DNA from: Flectonema sp. DT1601
Taxonomy: Eukaryota
DNA length: 64,000 nt
Direction: 5' to 3'
Assembly (NCBI GenBank): GCA_964019425.1
Contig: OZ025800.1
Coordinates: forward strand, 558,001-622,000
In this document: positions 11,905 through 23,934 of the stretch, piece by piece
Position numbering within the stretch: the stretch's first letter is position 1
How the letters are laid out: each line of letters opens with the position of its first letter
Notes under the pieces: model-generated
Database searches by the model: none
Told to the model about the DNA's origin: nothing
What the model saw: only the letters and a program-made list of their open reading frames with translations
Translations under genes and position numbers: made by a program

Positions 11905-12825
11905 ATGATGCAGTCGATGATGCCTCAGAAACTCGGGGGCATGGGTGCAATCCCCCAGGGTAATGTTGTATGTCGTTTCTTCTTTTTTTCCCAGTTTTTT
12001 TTCATAGTGACGTGTAGATTTTGTAATGTAACAAACAAACAGCAATGCTCACTCCACGGTAAGACCAGAGGTCCAAACAACGTTGAAGAAACATACCCTG
12101 GATCTCGCATTTGGAGATGCAGACCAGGTTCAGAGTGCAAAGTCCCAACTAACTTGCAACCAATTGACGGACCGTCACCTGCTGGTGCTGTGATCTGCAG
12201 CGTTCATGGAAAACTGAGAGGACCTAACAATGTTGTTCCAAAGTACCCAGGATCATGGAGATGCAGACCAGATTCGGAATGTAAGATGCCAACAACCTCT
12301 TCTGACAACAAGAATGAGGTTCAGGGACCAAACGTATGTTATTTATTATTTATTATAACCATAAACATGTACATAATAAATCAAAACTAAATACAGCAAC
12401 GATGTGGCATACATAATAAGATGAGAGGACCAAACAACGTTGAGCCAACATATGCTGGTTCTAATGTTTACAAGTGTAAGGCAGGATCGGAATGTAAGAT
12501 GTCGAGCACTGCTAATGACACTCTTCCAGGACAGCAGGCGCCGATTCATCCACCTGAGCCAACAACATGCTGGGCTCATGCTAAGAAGAGAAGTCCTAAC
12601 CAGTTACACCAAGTAAACACTCCTTTTGGAGTTCAGTGGGAATGCCTTCCACAGTTCAAGTGCAAAGGTGCCGCAGGAGTACCTGCCCCAACAAACATTT
12701 CTGCTGGATATCCCGTAGCCGCCATGGATCAAGGCCAGGCATATTTACAACAGATGATGCTTCAGCAGAACATGGGACTCCACCTTGGTCAAGGAATCGG
12801 TATGGGTAAGGGCCACGGCATGTAG
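11905..12825 (+). CDS. Protein with four C-x2-H..K-x-R..(W/Y)-x-C-x5-C putative zinc-binding repeats; exons 11905-11967, 12043-12333, 12397-12825
   Basis: Introns 11968-12042 (GTATGT..aaacag) and 12334-12396 (GTATGT..atacag) keep the frame. Repeats begin CSLHGKTRGPNN, CSVHGKLRGPNN, CGIHNKMRGPNN and CWAHAKKRSPNQ. Confidence 0.8.
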
Positions 12826-13578
12826 GGTTTAAGTAAATCCTTTTTATACAGATTTTTTTTTTTTTAAAAAAACTTTATTTTAATTTTATTTTGCGCGATC
12901 TTTTTTTTTTCCTATTTCCTTTTGTTCATTTTTTTTATTTAAAAAAAAAAAAGAAGATGATGATGAAGAAAAGAAATAAATATAATATGCAGTGTACATA
13001 AGTTAACTAGTAGCTTCCTGGTAGTTTCTTTGTTTCATTTTCCTGTTTCGCCAGTGATCTTTTGGGATTATTTTCCCAAAGAGGAGTTTGCTTCTCAGCA
13101 CTGTGGAGCGGAAAAATTCAAAAAAAAAAAAAATAAAAAAAAAAAATAAGAATAAATTTATAGTGAGTTTACTACGGTCATCCAACTCGAGATAGGCCTT
13201 TGCAGAGAGTGGCAAGTTTCGCAAAGCACAGTGCAGCACGGGTTCATTTGCAGTTTAGTTTTTTTTTTTTTTTCTTTCTTTTCTTTGTTCCCCAACAAAA
13301 CCAAAAAAGTAGTCGAATCCCCTTTTTCCTTTTCTCAGGGTTCATTGCTAACTATAAAAAAACATTATTACATCATTTTTTTTTTTTTTTTTTTTCACCC
13401 CACCCCCCTCAATTATTTTTTCATTCACTCAAGACATTTAATTACCCAGCCTTTGGAAACAATGCATCTGTGAAGGGGCAACGTTTTCCGATTTCGGGCT
13501 TGTGTTTGCAGGTTGGAATATGAGACAGTTCTCCAGGAGCAAGGTTTCTTTTTCTTTTTTTTTTTAAAAAAAATAATT

Positions 13579-13610
<32 letters not shown>

Positions 13611-13872
13611 TAATAATCTTGACTAAGGGTTTCTTAGAATTCATCGTCCCCTGCTAGCCATATATGTGCCAAAGAAAGAACAGAAATGAAAACGAAGAAA
13701 AAAAAAAAAAATACTCTTTAAACCCTTTTCCGGGGCGCTAGTTGAGCCCATCACCCCTACATTAAAATCTCGCATCATTAATGCATTTTTGTGTTTCATT
13801 CCACGGTGAGATCATCCTTTAGATTCCTACTCGGTAAGACCAAGTGACCAAATTGCTGCTACTAGAAGAACC

Positions 13873-13875
<3 letters not shown>

Positions 13876-13921
<46 letters not shown>
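13876..13921. repeat. (GA)n microsatellite
   Basis: About 23 consecutive GA units. Confidence 0.95.
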
Positions 13922-13924
<3 letters not shown>

Positions 13925-14334
13925 TTTTTGTAAAAGAAAAATAAATCATGTTAGTTGACTGTAGTTGATGTTATTACCTAGGACGGCAACACGGTTTCTT
14001 TTCTCTTTTTCTTAAATCAAAAACTACATAAAACAAGGCTTTTAAAAAGCAATCTCTCGGTGTTGCAACTGCTTCTATTAACTACTAAGGACGGTCTTAC
14101 TTTGCCCCTGTTTTGAATTATGAATTGTTACTTTCGTACTCTGTAACCCCAACCCCTCTTAGCATTGTTCGTTTTCGGAATTATCCACTTATTTTGTTAT
14201 TATTTTTTTTTGTTTCCCTGTCACAAACCCCCCTCTTGAGAAAAAAAAAAAAAACGGAAAAAAAAATTATGGGTGGGGTCATATATGCTTTGATGGTTTC
14301 CCGAATCACCTCGGAAGAGGGGAAAAAAGGAGAG

Positions 14335-14365
<31 letters not shown>

Positions 14366-15578
14366 AAATAAGACGCTGCTATCAAGGACTGAACTTGTTT
14401 GAGAAGCTGTGAGTTGGCAAGGTGATTATTAGGTAGGTGAAAGCAATGCAGACTGGGTAAACTCAAAAAAAAAAAAACAGAAACAAGAAAGCTGCCAAAG
14501 CAAAACTAATAAAACGAAGAGCGCTATCTTGTACGGGACAGGTGTTTCGTACTGATTAAATCGCTTTGCCCAGCACGGCCCGTTAGGCTACTCGAATTTG
14601 AAATTTCTTTTAAAAAAAAAAAAAAACCGTCCCGCCAAGGACAAAGAAGCATTTCCGTGAACAGCAATAAAATGGAAAAAGGAAAATGTAATTTTTTTTC
14701 CCCTTTTTTTTTCTTTAGAAGAAAAATGTTGTGGGGGAAAAAAAATAAAAAAAGAGAAGAACCCCGAACTTAAAAATCCTGTGCGTGTCAAATACGGACA
14801 GGATGTTGGTTCTGCGCAAATGTGAGCTGCTTCTAAACGGACGTGCCTCTAACAGTATAGTGTATTTCAATTGATTTTTAATTTCTTTTTTTTAATAATA
14901 AACAACTTATACCCCTTCCCAGTCCCTTGCCCCATAATAGCACTTTTTAAAAGGAAAAAGACAAGTTAATTACCTTTAAAAAAATACAAAAAAAAAAAAA
15001 AAAATTCTAAAAAAAATTTCTTACAAAAAAAAAAAAAAAACATTAAAAAAAACAGCAATTAAAAAAAAAAAAAAAAAAAATAAATAAAAGATTCCTGGAA
15101 AACTAAAAAAACAAAAAAAAAAACCTTTTTAAAAAAGAGACATACAGAGGTGCCTTTATAGCTTTTTTTCCCCTTTTTCTTTTTTCCTTGATTCAAGGGA
15201 AGCTGAGGTGAGAAGCAAGTTTAATTGACTAAATGATGTACTTTAAGGTCTCTTCAGTCGACAGCATATCAAAAAAGTGACCATCGGGGACCACTGCTGA
15301 TAATGGCATTTTAATTCTTTTCGTACAACAAGCAGCTTTCTCACCTCGTTTTTTCTTCTTTTTTTTCTTCTTTTGTTTTCCTTTTTTATATTCTTTCAGA
15401 GAAAATGCGTTTTCAGGCTATCTTGTGCAAGGCACACCTTTCCGGAATTTACCAGATTGATTTTACCTTTTGTTTTTCACTTATTCTATTCACTGTTCAG
15501 TAACGTTGTCACTACATGATCGGCTTGTGCGGTTCTGATAAGACAGGGGGCTTACGATGAGTTGGAGTGATTGAGAAG

Positions 15579-15704
15579 GTTGTGATCATGTTGTGATAAA
15601 ATCTTTATATTCGTTTCCTTATCAGAAGCTGCAACCCTTGCCTAAACTAATATGATACCACTTTGGTAAGTATTCAAATGGAGAGCTCAGATGGATTTGA
15701 ATCT
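15579..15704 (+). repeat. ~125-bp leader repeat (candidate splice acceptor, 5' UTR and first codons of the 53314 gene); other copies at 25423-25547, 31123-31247, 46114-46238 and 53201-53327
   Basis: gttgtgatcatgttgtgata...ttccttatcagaagctgcaacccttgcctaa...atggatttgaatct is near-identical at five positions. Confidence 0.9.
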
Positions 15705-15913
15705 ATACTGGTGTAGGGCGATGTATTTAAAAAAGTGTTGCTTTAATTTCACTTCGGAATCTTAGTTTTCTTTCTAAACATCAACATCATCAATGGTCGA
15801 GGTGATTGATCTGAATCTGTTTATGGTGAGCTACTAATTCTTTTTGTTTTTGAGAGCTGGCAAATACCAAATATGAAAACCTTCCTTTCCCCTCTCCAGT
15901 TTCTCCAGTTGGG

Positions 15914-17569
15914 ATGGTCGATGACTTACTTTGCAAACCCCGAGTTCCCTTGTTGCGTTTGCTTGTTGTCTTTTCGGTAATGAAGCTGTGTTTGTCGGAT
16001 TGTTATGAAGCTTTGCCTTCGAACTTTCCGATTTGTTCAAATTATACCATTCATGGTTATACTTGTGTATCAAGTGGTTGGTGTGTAGTTGATAGATGTG
16101 CTGCGAAGTGTACTATTTGTGCTGATAATTTTGTGAATAAGGTTCCAAATTATTCAACCGGGAGATGTGTCATAGCTACAGCCATTCCAACAGCAGTCCC
16201 CACTGCACTTCCTACAAGTGTGCCAACTGCAGTCCCGACGCTTGTTCCCACGTCCGTGCCGACTGCAAATCCGACAGCGGTTCCAACACTTGTTCCCACA
16301 GCGATTCCGACAATCGTACCGACTATTGTCCCGACAGTCATTCCAACTGTAGTTCCGTCAACGAAGTCACCAAGCTATGGGGCTTCCTCTGTGAAGAAGG
16401 AAACCCCTATCGCCGAGAGTAGAAGTGTCACGGTTCCGTCGAACATCGCATTGGCCACTGGGGCGCTGACCACGTCGGGAGCTCAAGCAGTAGCTCTCGC
16501 TTACACGGTGAGAAGGATCACCTGCCTCGTCGAAGCTGAGGATGATGAATTAGACCTGTTTATGCACCCGCTTGGGTTTCCAGTTGCCGGTTCGTATTGG
16601 GCGGGAGCCGTAGTTGGCGGTTGTATTCTTTGTTTTGGTGTTGTGGTTTTTCATGTGGGACTTCATTTTATAGTTAAGGCTTGCACGGGCGCGTCCAAGG
16701 GGAAGTCGGTAGCAAGGAGACTGAGATATCCGTCTGCTGTCATCCCTCCGTTGCTCATTTGTGCCGTGAACATTGCGACTTGCAGTGTGTTGTTGCTTAA
16801 GGAAAGCAAACTTCCTGTGATCGCAGTTTCTGGAATCTGCATCTCGATTGGAATTCCCGTAGTTGTGATGTGGCTGTTCAAACTTGACTCATCGAAGTGT
16901 CAGTTTATCAAGGGAACGGTTCCGAAAAGCAAACTATTTGTATACTTCTTGGGGGATGCTGCGTGGGAATCCACAGACGTCAACGACATTTTGTACGTGG
17001 AATCAAACGGGTTGGTATTTGATGCTCACACAGAGCAGAAGTGGATCAGAGGACACTATTTCCTTCTTGAGTTTTGGATGACTATTCCTGTTGTTTTGGT
17101 TTTATTGATTGAAAGTTGCGATGCGAGAGCATGGATATTATTTATTGTAAACGTCTTGCAGCTTGTAATGGTTTTAAACTGTTGTATCTACAGCTCAAAC
17201 TTCCTGACTCACCTGTCAGTTGCCACGTGTTTGACAACATGCGTTCTGATCGTGTGCTCTCTCACTGGATTTGGAGGGGAGTTGGTGTTGACGCCTATGT
17301 TGTTGGCGCTCACCATTGTGAGGTCTATTTACGACTTTGTTTGTTATATTCTCGATGTGTTTTATTCCGTCAGGGAATTGAAGTTGGAGAGGAATGCTGT
17401 CGATGTCTCAAACGTCGAACTCGGGGAATCAATGCAGCAGTCGTTGATAAGTATCGATTCGTTGGAAAATGGTATACATCCTGTGCCTTCCTTTGCAGCA
17501 CCATTGAGTACAGCAACACCTTCGCTGAACTTTTTACATTGGGAAGACAGTCGGGATGTCACGTTTTAA
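15914..17569 (+). CDS. Surface/membrane protein copy 1: signal peptide, Cys-rich head, PT-repeat stalk, multi-pass TM domain (possibly related to the DGF-1-like C-terminal region)
   Basis: Hydrophobic N-terminus; 8-Cys domain; PT(A/S/L/I/V)(V/I) repeats; HPLG motif then about 7-8 hydrophobic segments; five near-identical intact copies. Confidence 0.88.
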   Translation: MVDDLLCKPRVPLLRLLVVFSVMKLCLSDCYEALPSNFPICSNYTIHGYTCVSSGWCVVDRCAAKCTICADNFVNKVPNYSTGRCVIATAIPTAVPTALPTSVPTAVPTLVPTSVPTANPTAVPTLVPTAIPTIVPTIVPTVIPTVVPSTKSPSYGASSVKKETPIAESRSVTVPSNIALATGALTTSGAQAVALAYTVRRITCLVEAEDDELDLFMHPLGFPVAGSYWAGAVVGGCILCFGVVVFHVGLHFIVKACTGASKGKSVARRLRYPSAVIPPLLICAVNIATCSVLLLKESKLPVIAVSGICISIGIPVVVMWLFKLDSSKCQFIKGTVPKSKLFVYFLGDAAWESTDVNDILYVESNGLVFDAHTEQKWIRGHYFLLEFWMTIPVVLVLLIESCDARAWILFIVNVLQLVMVLNCCIYSSNFLTHLSVATCLTTCVLIVCSLTGFGGELVLTPMLLALTIVRSIYDFVCYILDVFYSVRELKLERNAVDVSNVELGESMQQSLISIDSLENGIHPVPSFAAPLSTATPSLNFLHWEDSRDVTF

Positions 17570-19809
17570 TTATTTGGTAGTGTAATTTAGATAATTAAAT
17601 TTCCTAACTTCAGCCGTGTCTGATTAAATACCCAGAAGTAATTGTAAATATCAAATAGCCTGTCGGGTTTGAAAGGACATCTGATTGTTGATATCAACGT
17701 CAACGGAGGCGAATAATAAAATACCACTCGCTAGTTTCAAGCAGCTTCTTTATTTTTGATAGTCGAAAACAAGTTTTGTCCGAAATCTGTTTCACTCTTT
17801 CCTCTCCATGTTGCTTTATGAGGGATTCTTATAAAATAGCAAACTTTTGATTCGAAATATTGTCTTTTTTCCTTTTAAAAACATGTTTGATTTAGTTAAC
17901 TATTTTATGACAAAACTCAAATTCAAACTTGTCATTTTTTACGATTTACTGTTCAGGTGATTATTTATTTTTAGTTGTGATAACTCCCACTAACTTCTTT
18001 GGGCAGTCATTTATCGTAGCTTTCTGTTAGTAGGAGGACACATGGTATAAGATAAAAGCCTGAAACTACATATTCCGTCAGAACCAAGGTAGATTTCTTT
18101 TCTTTTCTGCTTTTTTTTCTTTTTTATTATCTTTTATTTTACTCTCTCTAGCTTCTTGGGGGGGGGGAAAATTTACACTCGAAGTGAAAAATCAGATAGC
18201 CATTAAATTAATAAATATTATTATTATTCTATCTTTGTGGTCTCGAAGATTACCTGTTTTTTTATTTAGAAATTTATGATGAGATTTCTATTGTTTACAA
18301 CCTGTTAAAGAATACTCATATCGATACTAAAATATGTGGTTTTAATGTTTTTAATAAGATTAATATTGTATAAGAGAGATGGGGTTTCCAGAGTTTTTTT
18401 TGGATTGAATGGCAGCGTTTTACTACTTTTTTGGTTGATAAGCTCGACTCTTTCAGACATCCTAAACTAGTATTCGATGACTGGGTCGCAATCACTATCA
18501 AACTAACGTCAGTGAATATTATAGTTATCTTGGAATGATAACAACTTCGACATAGAATTTACTGATGAAGGCCTAAACAGGAAAATTAAGGACTTGAATC
18601 ACTGCCTAGCTTGCTAAACTCAGCAGAACAATATTATTATATGTTTTCACTTTATCTTATTTTTTCTCAAATGCATTTTTTTTCCCCCCTTCAAGTTGCT
18701 TTCCATTTAATATTAGTATCAAGTTACCCCCTTTGTTTACTTAATTGCGTGGTTTCCTGCTAGTATACCGGATAAGGTGGAGCAAAGTGTTTCTAGATCT
18801 CCTGATCTGGTATGCCCTGTGCTGATACTAACAAAATAATCCCCCGGGATTAGGTTCTTCCTACTATTGGGGACCCTCAGAAGAGCCGCCCGGTACTCTT
18901 TGAGTGTCTACCTAACCGATACTCGGTGGTCTGATGGACTTGCTAAACTCATATTTTAACTAACTAGCATTTTCAGTAAAATCTTGCGATTGATTATATA
19001 TTTTATGGAAAACTTGTTTCCATAAAATATATAATCCAAAGATGTCGCTTCCACAATCACAGTAAGCAAAGATGAAAGTCCACCGTTCCTTTTCATGTTA
19101 ATTTATAGTAAGTGAAAAAGGTTTACTCCGTCGTGTTATATTATTCCCTATAGACAATAATGTTTCTGGGGTCTCTTGTCTTGTCTTTACTAATATTACT
19201 GTCAATCAGTCAAATTATTAATATTAATCACTCTCTCGTTCTAATGTCCTCCCTCAGTCTTAATATGTGTGCTGTGAAGCAATTGTCATTTTATTATGCC
19301 TTTTGCGAAACATTCATTGTTTGTTAACATCAATTTAATCTTAATGACACAGTTGGAATGTCCTAGATTTTGATTATCGAATGTTGAGTGTTTTGTTCAG
19401 CTAACTATCTGTTTCATCAATTCATTTATTTTATTTGTGGTGGTCTCGCTGATATAGCTGCTGACTGTTTCGTTTTCTGATATTGACGTGGGAAAATCAT
19501 AAATAGATAAATCCTTTCTAACTCACTTCTTCAACTTCCGCACGTGCATTTCATCGCGTAGTCGAACTTGTGGTGCAACTCGTGGCGGGGACAACCCTTT
19601 CCTGCGGTGTACCCGCTAGTAAGATTATACTGGTGTAGGGCGATGTATTTAAAAAAGTGTTGCTTTAATTTCACTTAGGAATCTTAGTTTTCTTTCTAAA
19701 CATCAACATCATCAATGGTTGAGGTGATTGAACTGAATCTGTTTATGGTGAGCTACTAATTCTTTTTGTTTTTGAGAGCTGGCAAATACCTTCTAATCCC
19801 CCCTCCAGT

Positions 19810-19893
19810 GTATCTCAGAACTAATGTTAAATTATCGTTATGTTGTTTATGATACAAAACATTTGTATTTTACGTACAAACTCGAACAGTTAA
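19810..19893 (+). mobile_element. Short 5'-truncated insertion with 12-bp target-site duplication, immediately upstream of the copy-2 ATG
   Basis: cccccctccagt occurs at 19798-19809 and 19894-19905. The insert matches the units at 22000-22410 and is absent from the other gene copies. Confidence 0.75.
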
Positions 19894-19909
19894 CCCCCCT
19901 CCAGTTGGG

Positions 19910-21637
19910 ATGGTCGATGACTTACTTTGCAAACCCCGAGTTCCCTTGTTGCGTTTGCTTGTTGTCTTTTCAGTAATGAAGCTGTGTTTGTCGGATTGTT
20001 ATGAAGCTTTGCCTTCGAACTTTCCGACTTGTTTAGATTATACCACTCATGGTTATACTTGTGTATCAAGTGGTTGGTGTGTAGTTGATGGATGTGCTGG
20101 GAACTGTCCTATTTGTGCTGATCATTTTGTGAATAAGGTTCCAAATTATGCAACCGGGAGATGTGTCATAGCTACAGCCATTCCAACAGCCATTCCAACA
20201 GCCATTCCAACAGCCATTCCGACAGCCATTCCGACAGCCATTCCGACAGCCATTCCAACGGCCATTCCAACAGCAGTTCCCACTGCACTTCCTACAAGTG
20301 TGCCGACTGCAGTCCCGACGCTTGTTCCCACGTCCGTGCCGACTGCAAATCCGACAGCGGTTCCAACACTTGTTCCCACAGCGATTCCGACAACCGTACC
20401 GACTATTGTCCCGACAGTCATTCCGTCGACGAAGTCACCAAGCTATGTGGTTTCCTCTGTGAAGAAGGAAACCCCTATTGCCAAGAATGGAGGTATCACA
20501 GTTCCGTCGAACATCGCATTGGCCACTGGGGCGCTGACCACGTCGGGAGCTCAAGCAGTAGCTCTCGCTTACACGGTGAGAAGGATCACCTGCCTCGTCG
20601 AAGCTGAGAATGATGAATTAGACCTGTTTATGCACCCGCTTGGGTTTCCAGTTGCCGGTTCGTATTGGGCGGGAGCCGTAGTTGGCGGTTGTATTCTTTG
20701 TTTTGGTGTTGTGGTTTTTCATGTGGGACTTCATTTTATAGTTAAGGCTTGCACGGGTGCGTCCAAGAGGAAGTCGGTAGCAAGGAGACTGAGATATCCG
20801 TCTGCTGTCATCCCTCCGTTGCTCATTTGTGCCGTGAACATTGCGACTTGCAGTGTGTTGTTGCTTAAGGAAAGCAAACTTCCTGTGATCGCAGTTTCTG
20901 GAATCTGCATCTCGATTGGAATTCCCGGAGTTGTGATGTGGCTGTTCAAACTTGACTCATCGAAGTGTCAGTTTATCAAGGGAACGGTTCCGAAAAGCAA
21001 ACTATTTGTATACTTCTTGGGGGATGCTGCGTGGGAATCCACAGACGCCAACGACATTTTGTACGTGGAATCAAACGGGTCGGTATTTGATGCTCACACA
21101 GAGCAGAAGTGGATCAGAGGACACTATTTCCTTCTTGAGTTTTGGATGACTATTCCTGTTGTTTTGGTTTTATTGATTGAAAGTTGCGATGCGAGAGCAT
21201 GGATATTATTTATTGTGAACGTCTTGCAGCTTGTAATGGTTTTAAACTGTTGCATCTACAGCTCAAACTTCCTGACTCACCTGTCAGTTGCCACGTGTTT
21301 GGCAACATGCGTTCTGATCGTGTGCTCTCTCACTGGATTTGGAGGGGAGTTGGTGTTGACGCCTATGTTGTTGGCGCTCACCATTGTGAGATCTATTTAC
21401 GACTTTGTTTGTTACATTCTTGAGATGCTTTTTTCCGTCAGGGAATTGAAGTTGGAGAGGAATGCTGTCGATGTCTCAAACGTCGAACTCGGGGAATCAA
21501 TGCAGCAGTCGTTGATAAGTATCGATTCGTTGGAAAATGGTATACATCCTGTGCCTTCCTTTGCAGCACCATTGAGTACAGCAACACCTTCGCTGAACTT
21601 TTTACATTGGGAAGACAGTCGGGATGTCACGTTTTAA
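19910..21637 (+). CDS. Surface/membrane protein copy 2 (8 TAIP units)
   Basis: Intact 575-aa paralog of 15914-17569. Confidence 0.88.
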   Translation: MVDDLLCKPRVPLLRLLVVFSVMKLCLSDCYEALPSNFPTCLDYTTHGYTCVSSGWCVVDGCAGNCPICADHFVNKVPNYATGRCVIATAIPTAIPTAIPTAIPTAIPTAIPTAIPTAIPTAVPTALPTSVPTAVPTLVPTSVPTANPTAVPTLVPTAIPTTVPTIVPTVIPSTKSPSYVVSSVKKETPIAKNGGITVPSNIALATGALTTSGAQAVALAYTVRRITCLVEAENDELDLFMHPLGFPVAGSYWAGAVVGGCILCFGVVVFHVGLHFIVKACTGASKRKSVARRLRYPSAVIPPLLICAVNIATCSVLLLKESKLPVIAVSGICISIGIPGVVMWLFKLDSSKCQFIKGTVPKSKLFVYFLGDAAWESTDANDILYVESNGSVFDAHTEQKWIRGHYFLLEFWMTIPVVLVLLIESCDARAWILFIVNVLQLVMVLNCCIYSSNFLTHLSVATCLATCVLIVCSLTGFGGELVLTPMLLALTIVRSIYDFVCYILEMLFSVRELKLERNAVDVSNVELGESMQQSLISIDSLENGIHPVPSFAAPLSTATPSLNFLHWEDSRDVTF

Positions 21638-21974
21638 TTATTTGGTAGTGTAATTTAGATAATTAAATTTCCTAACTTCAGCCGTGTCTGATTAAATACC
21701 CAGAAGTAATTGTAAATATCAAATAGCCTGTCGGGTTTGAAAGGACATCTGATTGTTGATATCAACGTCAACGGAGGCGAATAATAAAATTCCAGTTGTT
21801 CACTAGCGGGAAAGAAAAAATGGAAAAAAATCATTTAATTTGAAAACACTAAAAAGTATCACATGGAAAAATATATTTACTAGAAACAACCTCCCACCTC
21901 CCAACAATGTTCTCTTAGGTCAGTTTTGCCGTATTTCAGCTGATTTGCAACTACCCCGAATTGATGTTGACATA

Positions 21975-22420
21975 CCCACCGAGGAGTATGCACCTAGTCA
22001 CTGTATCTAAAACTAATGTTAAATTATCGTTATGTTGTTTATGATACAATACATTTGTATTTTACGTACAAAATCAAACAGTTAACCCCCCCGAGGAGGT
22101 CTCATTAATTCAAAATTGAATAACTCGATTCCGTACTGCACTGAATGACAACACGGAAAAAGAGATGTGTATGCAGCTAAGTTAGAAACATTTATTATAA
22201 TGTAAAGTATTTACGTCAATCGCAGAGTGTATACCTACACTAACATTACCTTTAGTCAACTGTATCTCAGAACTAATGTTAAATTATCGTTATGTTGTTT
22301 ATGATACAAAACATTTGTATTTTACGTACAAACTCGAACAGTTAACCCCCCCCGAGGAATTATCGCTATGTTACAAAACAGTTGTATTTTACAAATTCAA
22401 ACATTCAACCCCCCGAGGAG
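21975..22420 (+). repeat. Three head-to-tail, variably 5'-truncated copies of a short element ending ..TTAACCCCC, separated by CCCCGAGGA(G)
   Basis: cc(c)cgaggag-like motif at 21975, 22086, 22346 and 22409; shared body aattatcgttatgttg..tgtattttac..aacagttaacccc. Confidence 0.8.
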
Positions 22421-23439
22421 GTCTCTCTCTAAACCCAGCTTGTGTTCCCTGTTAGTAGGTGAGCAATCTGAACCTTAGACAATTCTGTTTGTGTAGGTTA
22501 TCTATTTCTTTCCCTTTGTCTTAAGAATGAATGGTGATCGTTAGTATTTGTTCTTTTAATTGAGTTCCATTCATTTAGTAGTCTCTCTCCCAATAGGCAC
22601 GAATTATTTTTATATTAGGAGTGCTTTTTTTTGTGCGAACCAATCTCTTGAGTTTCAATAGTGACTTAAGAGGGGTTGAAGTCTGGCAATAATATCATTA
22701 AATGCATAAGCGTTTTCTTTTTTTTTTAAAAACTTTTTTTTCTCTGTTTTAATCGATAACGATTCCTTTAGTCTCGTGGTAAAACCAAACCATTTGAGCT
22801 ACTGTGACTTTTTAACCCAATAAAAAAAAGGAGGCCAAAAAAAAAAAAAAAAAAAAAAAAACCCGCAATCGATTTTTTTTTTTTATTGTAGAAAAGGGGG
22901 TGTGTGGGAATAAGCCAATACTTAACTATTTAAGACCCTACCCGTGCGTTAAAAAATGAATCATAACTCTAACGTGTCCCACGTTCCGTGTAGACCCCAC
23001 GACACCCTTCGGATGAATTTAAACTATCTCTTCAGTCGACAGATTCACCTCCATAATGTGATTATCATTGTCATTGGATATCTGTGTTAGCATAATCTCT
23101 CTTTGACTATTAAAATGAATTTAACATCTGTGTGTTTCCAAGACGATAATATAGTGAATACACACTTTCTCCAGAAAGATCGTGGTGATGTTTTCAGCAT
23201 CGTCGGATTTGAGCAACCTGTGCACCACCCTGGGTTGTATGGCTTTTTTCTCATTTAGCCCAAAAAATAATTTTTTTACAATCGTCGGTTTTTCGGTGTT
23301 TTAGGTCTCCTAGGGTTAAGTTAAAAAAAGAAACAATAAACTGCCTAAATTCTCCTCAATCACGGTTTTCTCTTTTTTTTTTTTTTTGTGGTGTAGTTGT
23401 TGATTTTTCTTGTCAAAGATCACCTCCAAATATTATTCT

Positions 23440-23670
23440 ATCGTTATGGTCTCAAGGATCTTTTTCTTAACTACGTTGAGACCAAACATCTCATCAAGTT
23501 AACGATGAGGTTTCCAACACCATACGAGGAATTATTATTAGATGAATTCCTTCGGATTGAATGGCAGCTTTTTACTACTTTTCAAGTTGATAAGCTCGAC
23601 GGTCATCTAAAAGCACTACCAGATAATCCGCTTCCCTTTCAAGGTATTCTTATCGAAGAAACCAATCACG
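23440..23670 (+). pseudogene. Decayed fragment of LINE ORF2 C-terminus; related pieces at ~18350-18460, 29822-30030, 33895-34070 and 43340-43445
   Basis: VETKHLIKLTMRFPTPYEELLLDEFLRIEWQLFT..DKLDGHLK aligns with ORF2 VETRELVKQTMRFPTPDDELSLDMFFRTEWQPFT..SKLDNHLK. Confidence 0.85.
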
Positions 23671-23934
23671 ATTCTTTCCCTCGTTCATTTCATTGTTTAT
23701 CATTTCCTTCTTTCCTTTTTTTTTCAACCATCTCTAACACAAATGTTGACTCATTCATTACAACAGTTTGTCTTTGTCTCTATCCTCAGTGAGGGTCTCA
23801 AGATTGTTTGGTATTGAACAATAAATCCTTGGAACCTTATTTTAACTTCGTTAAAAAAAAAAAAAAAAGAAAAGCAAAATCAATGTTTTTAATGTAGTTC
23901 AACTTCTACGTTGTTTATTATTATCATTTAAATA

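Noticed and set aside
12830..15570. Long gene-free stretch with a hairpin at ~14776-14804 (atcctgt..acaggat) and short ORFs
   Set aside because: A single modest hairpin with no recognisable ncRNA motif; could be UTR or intergenic.
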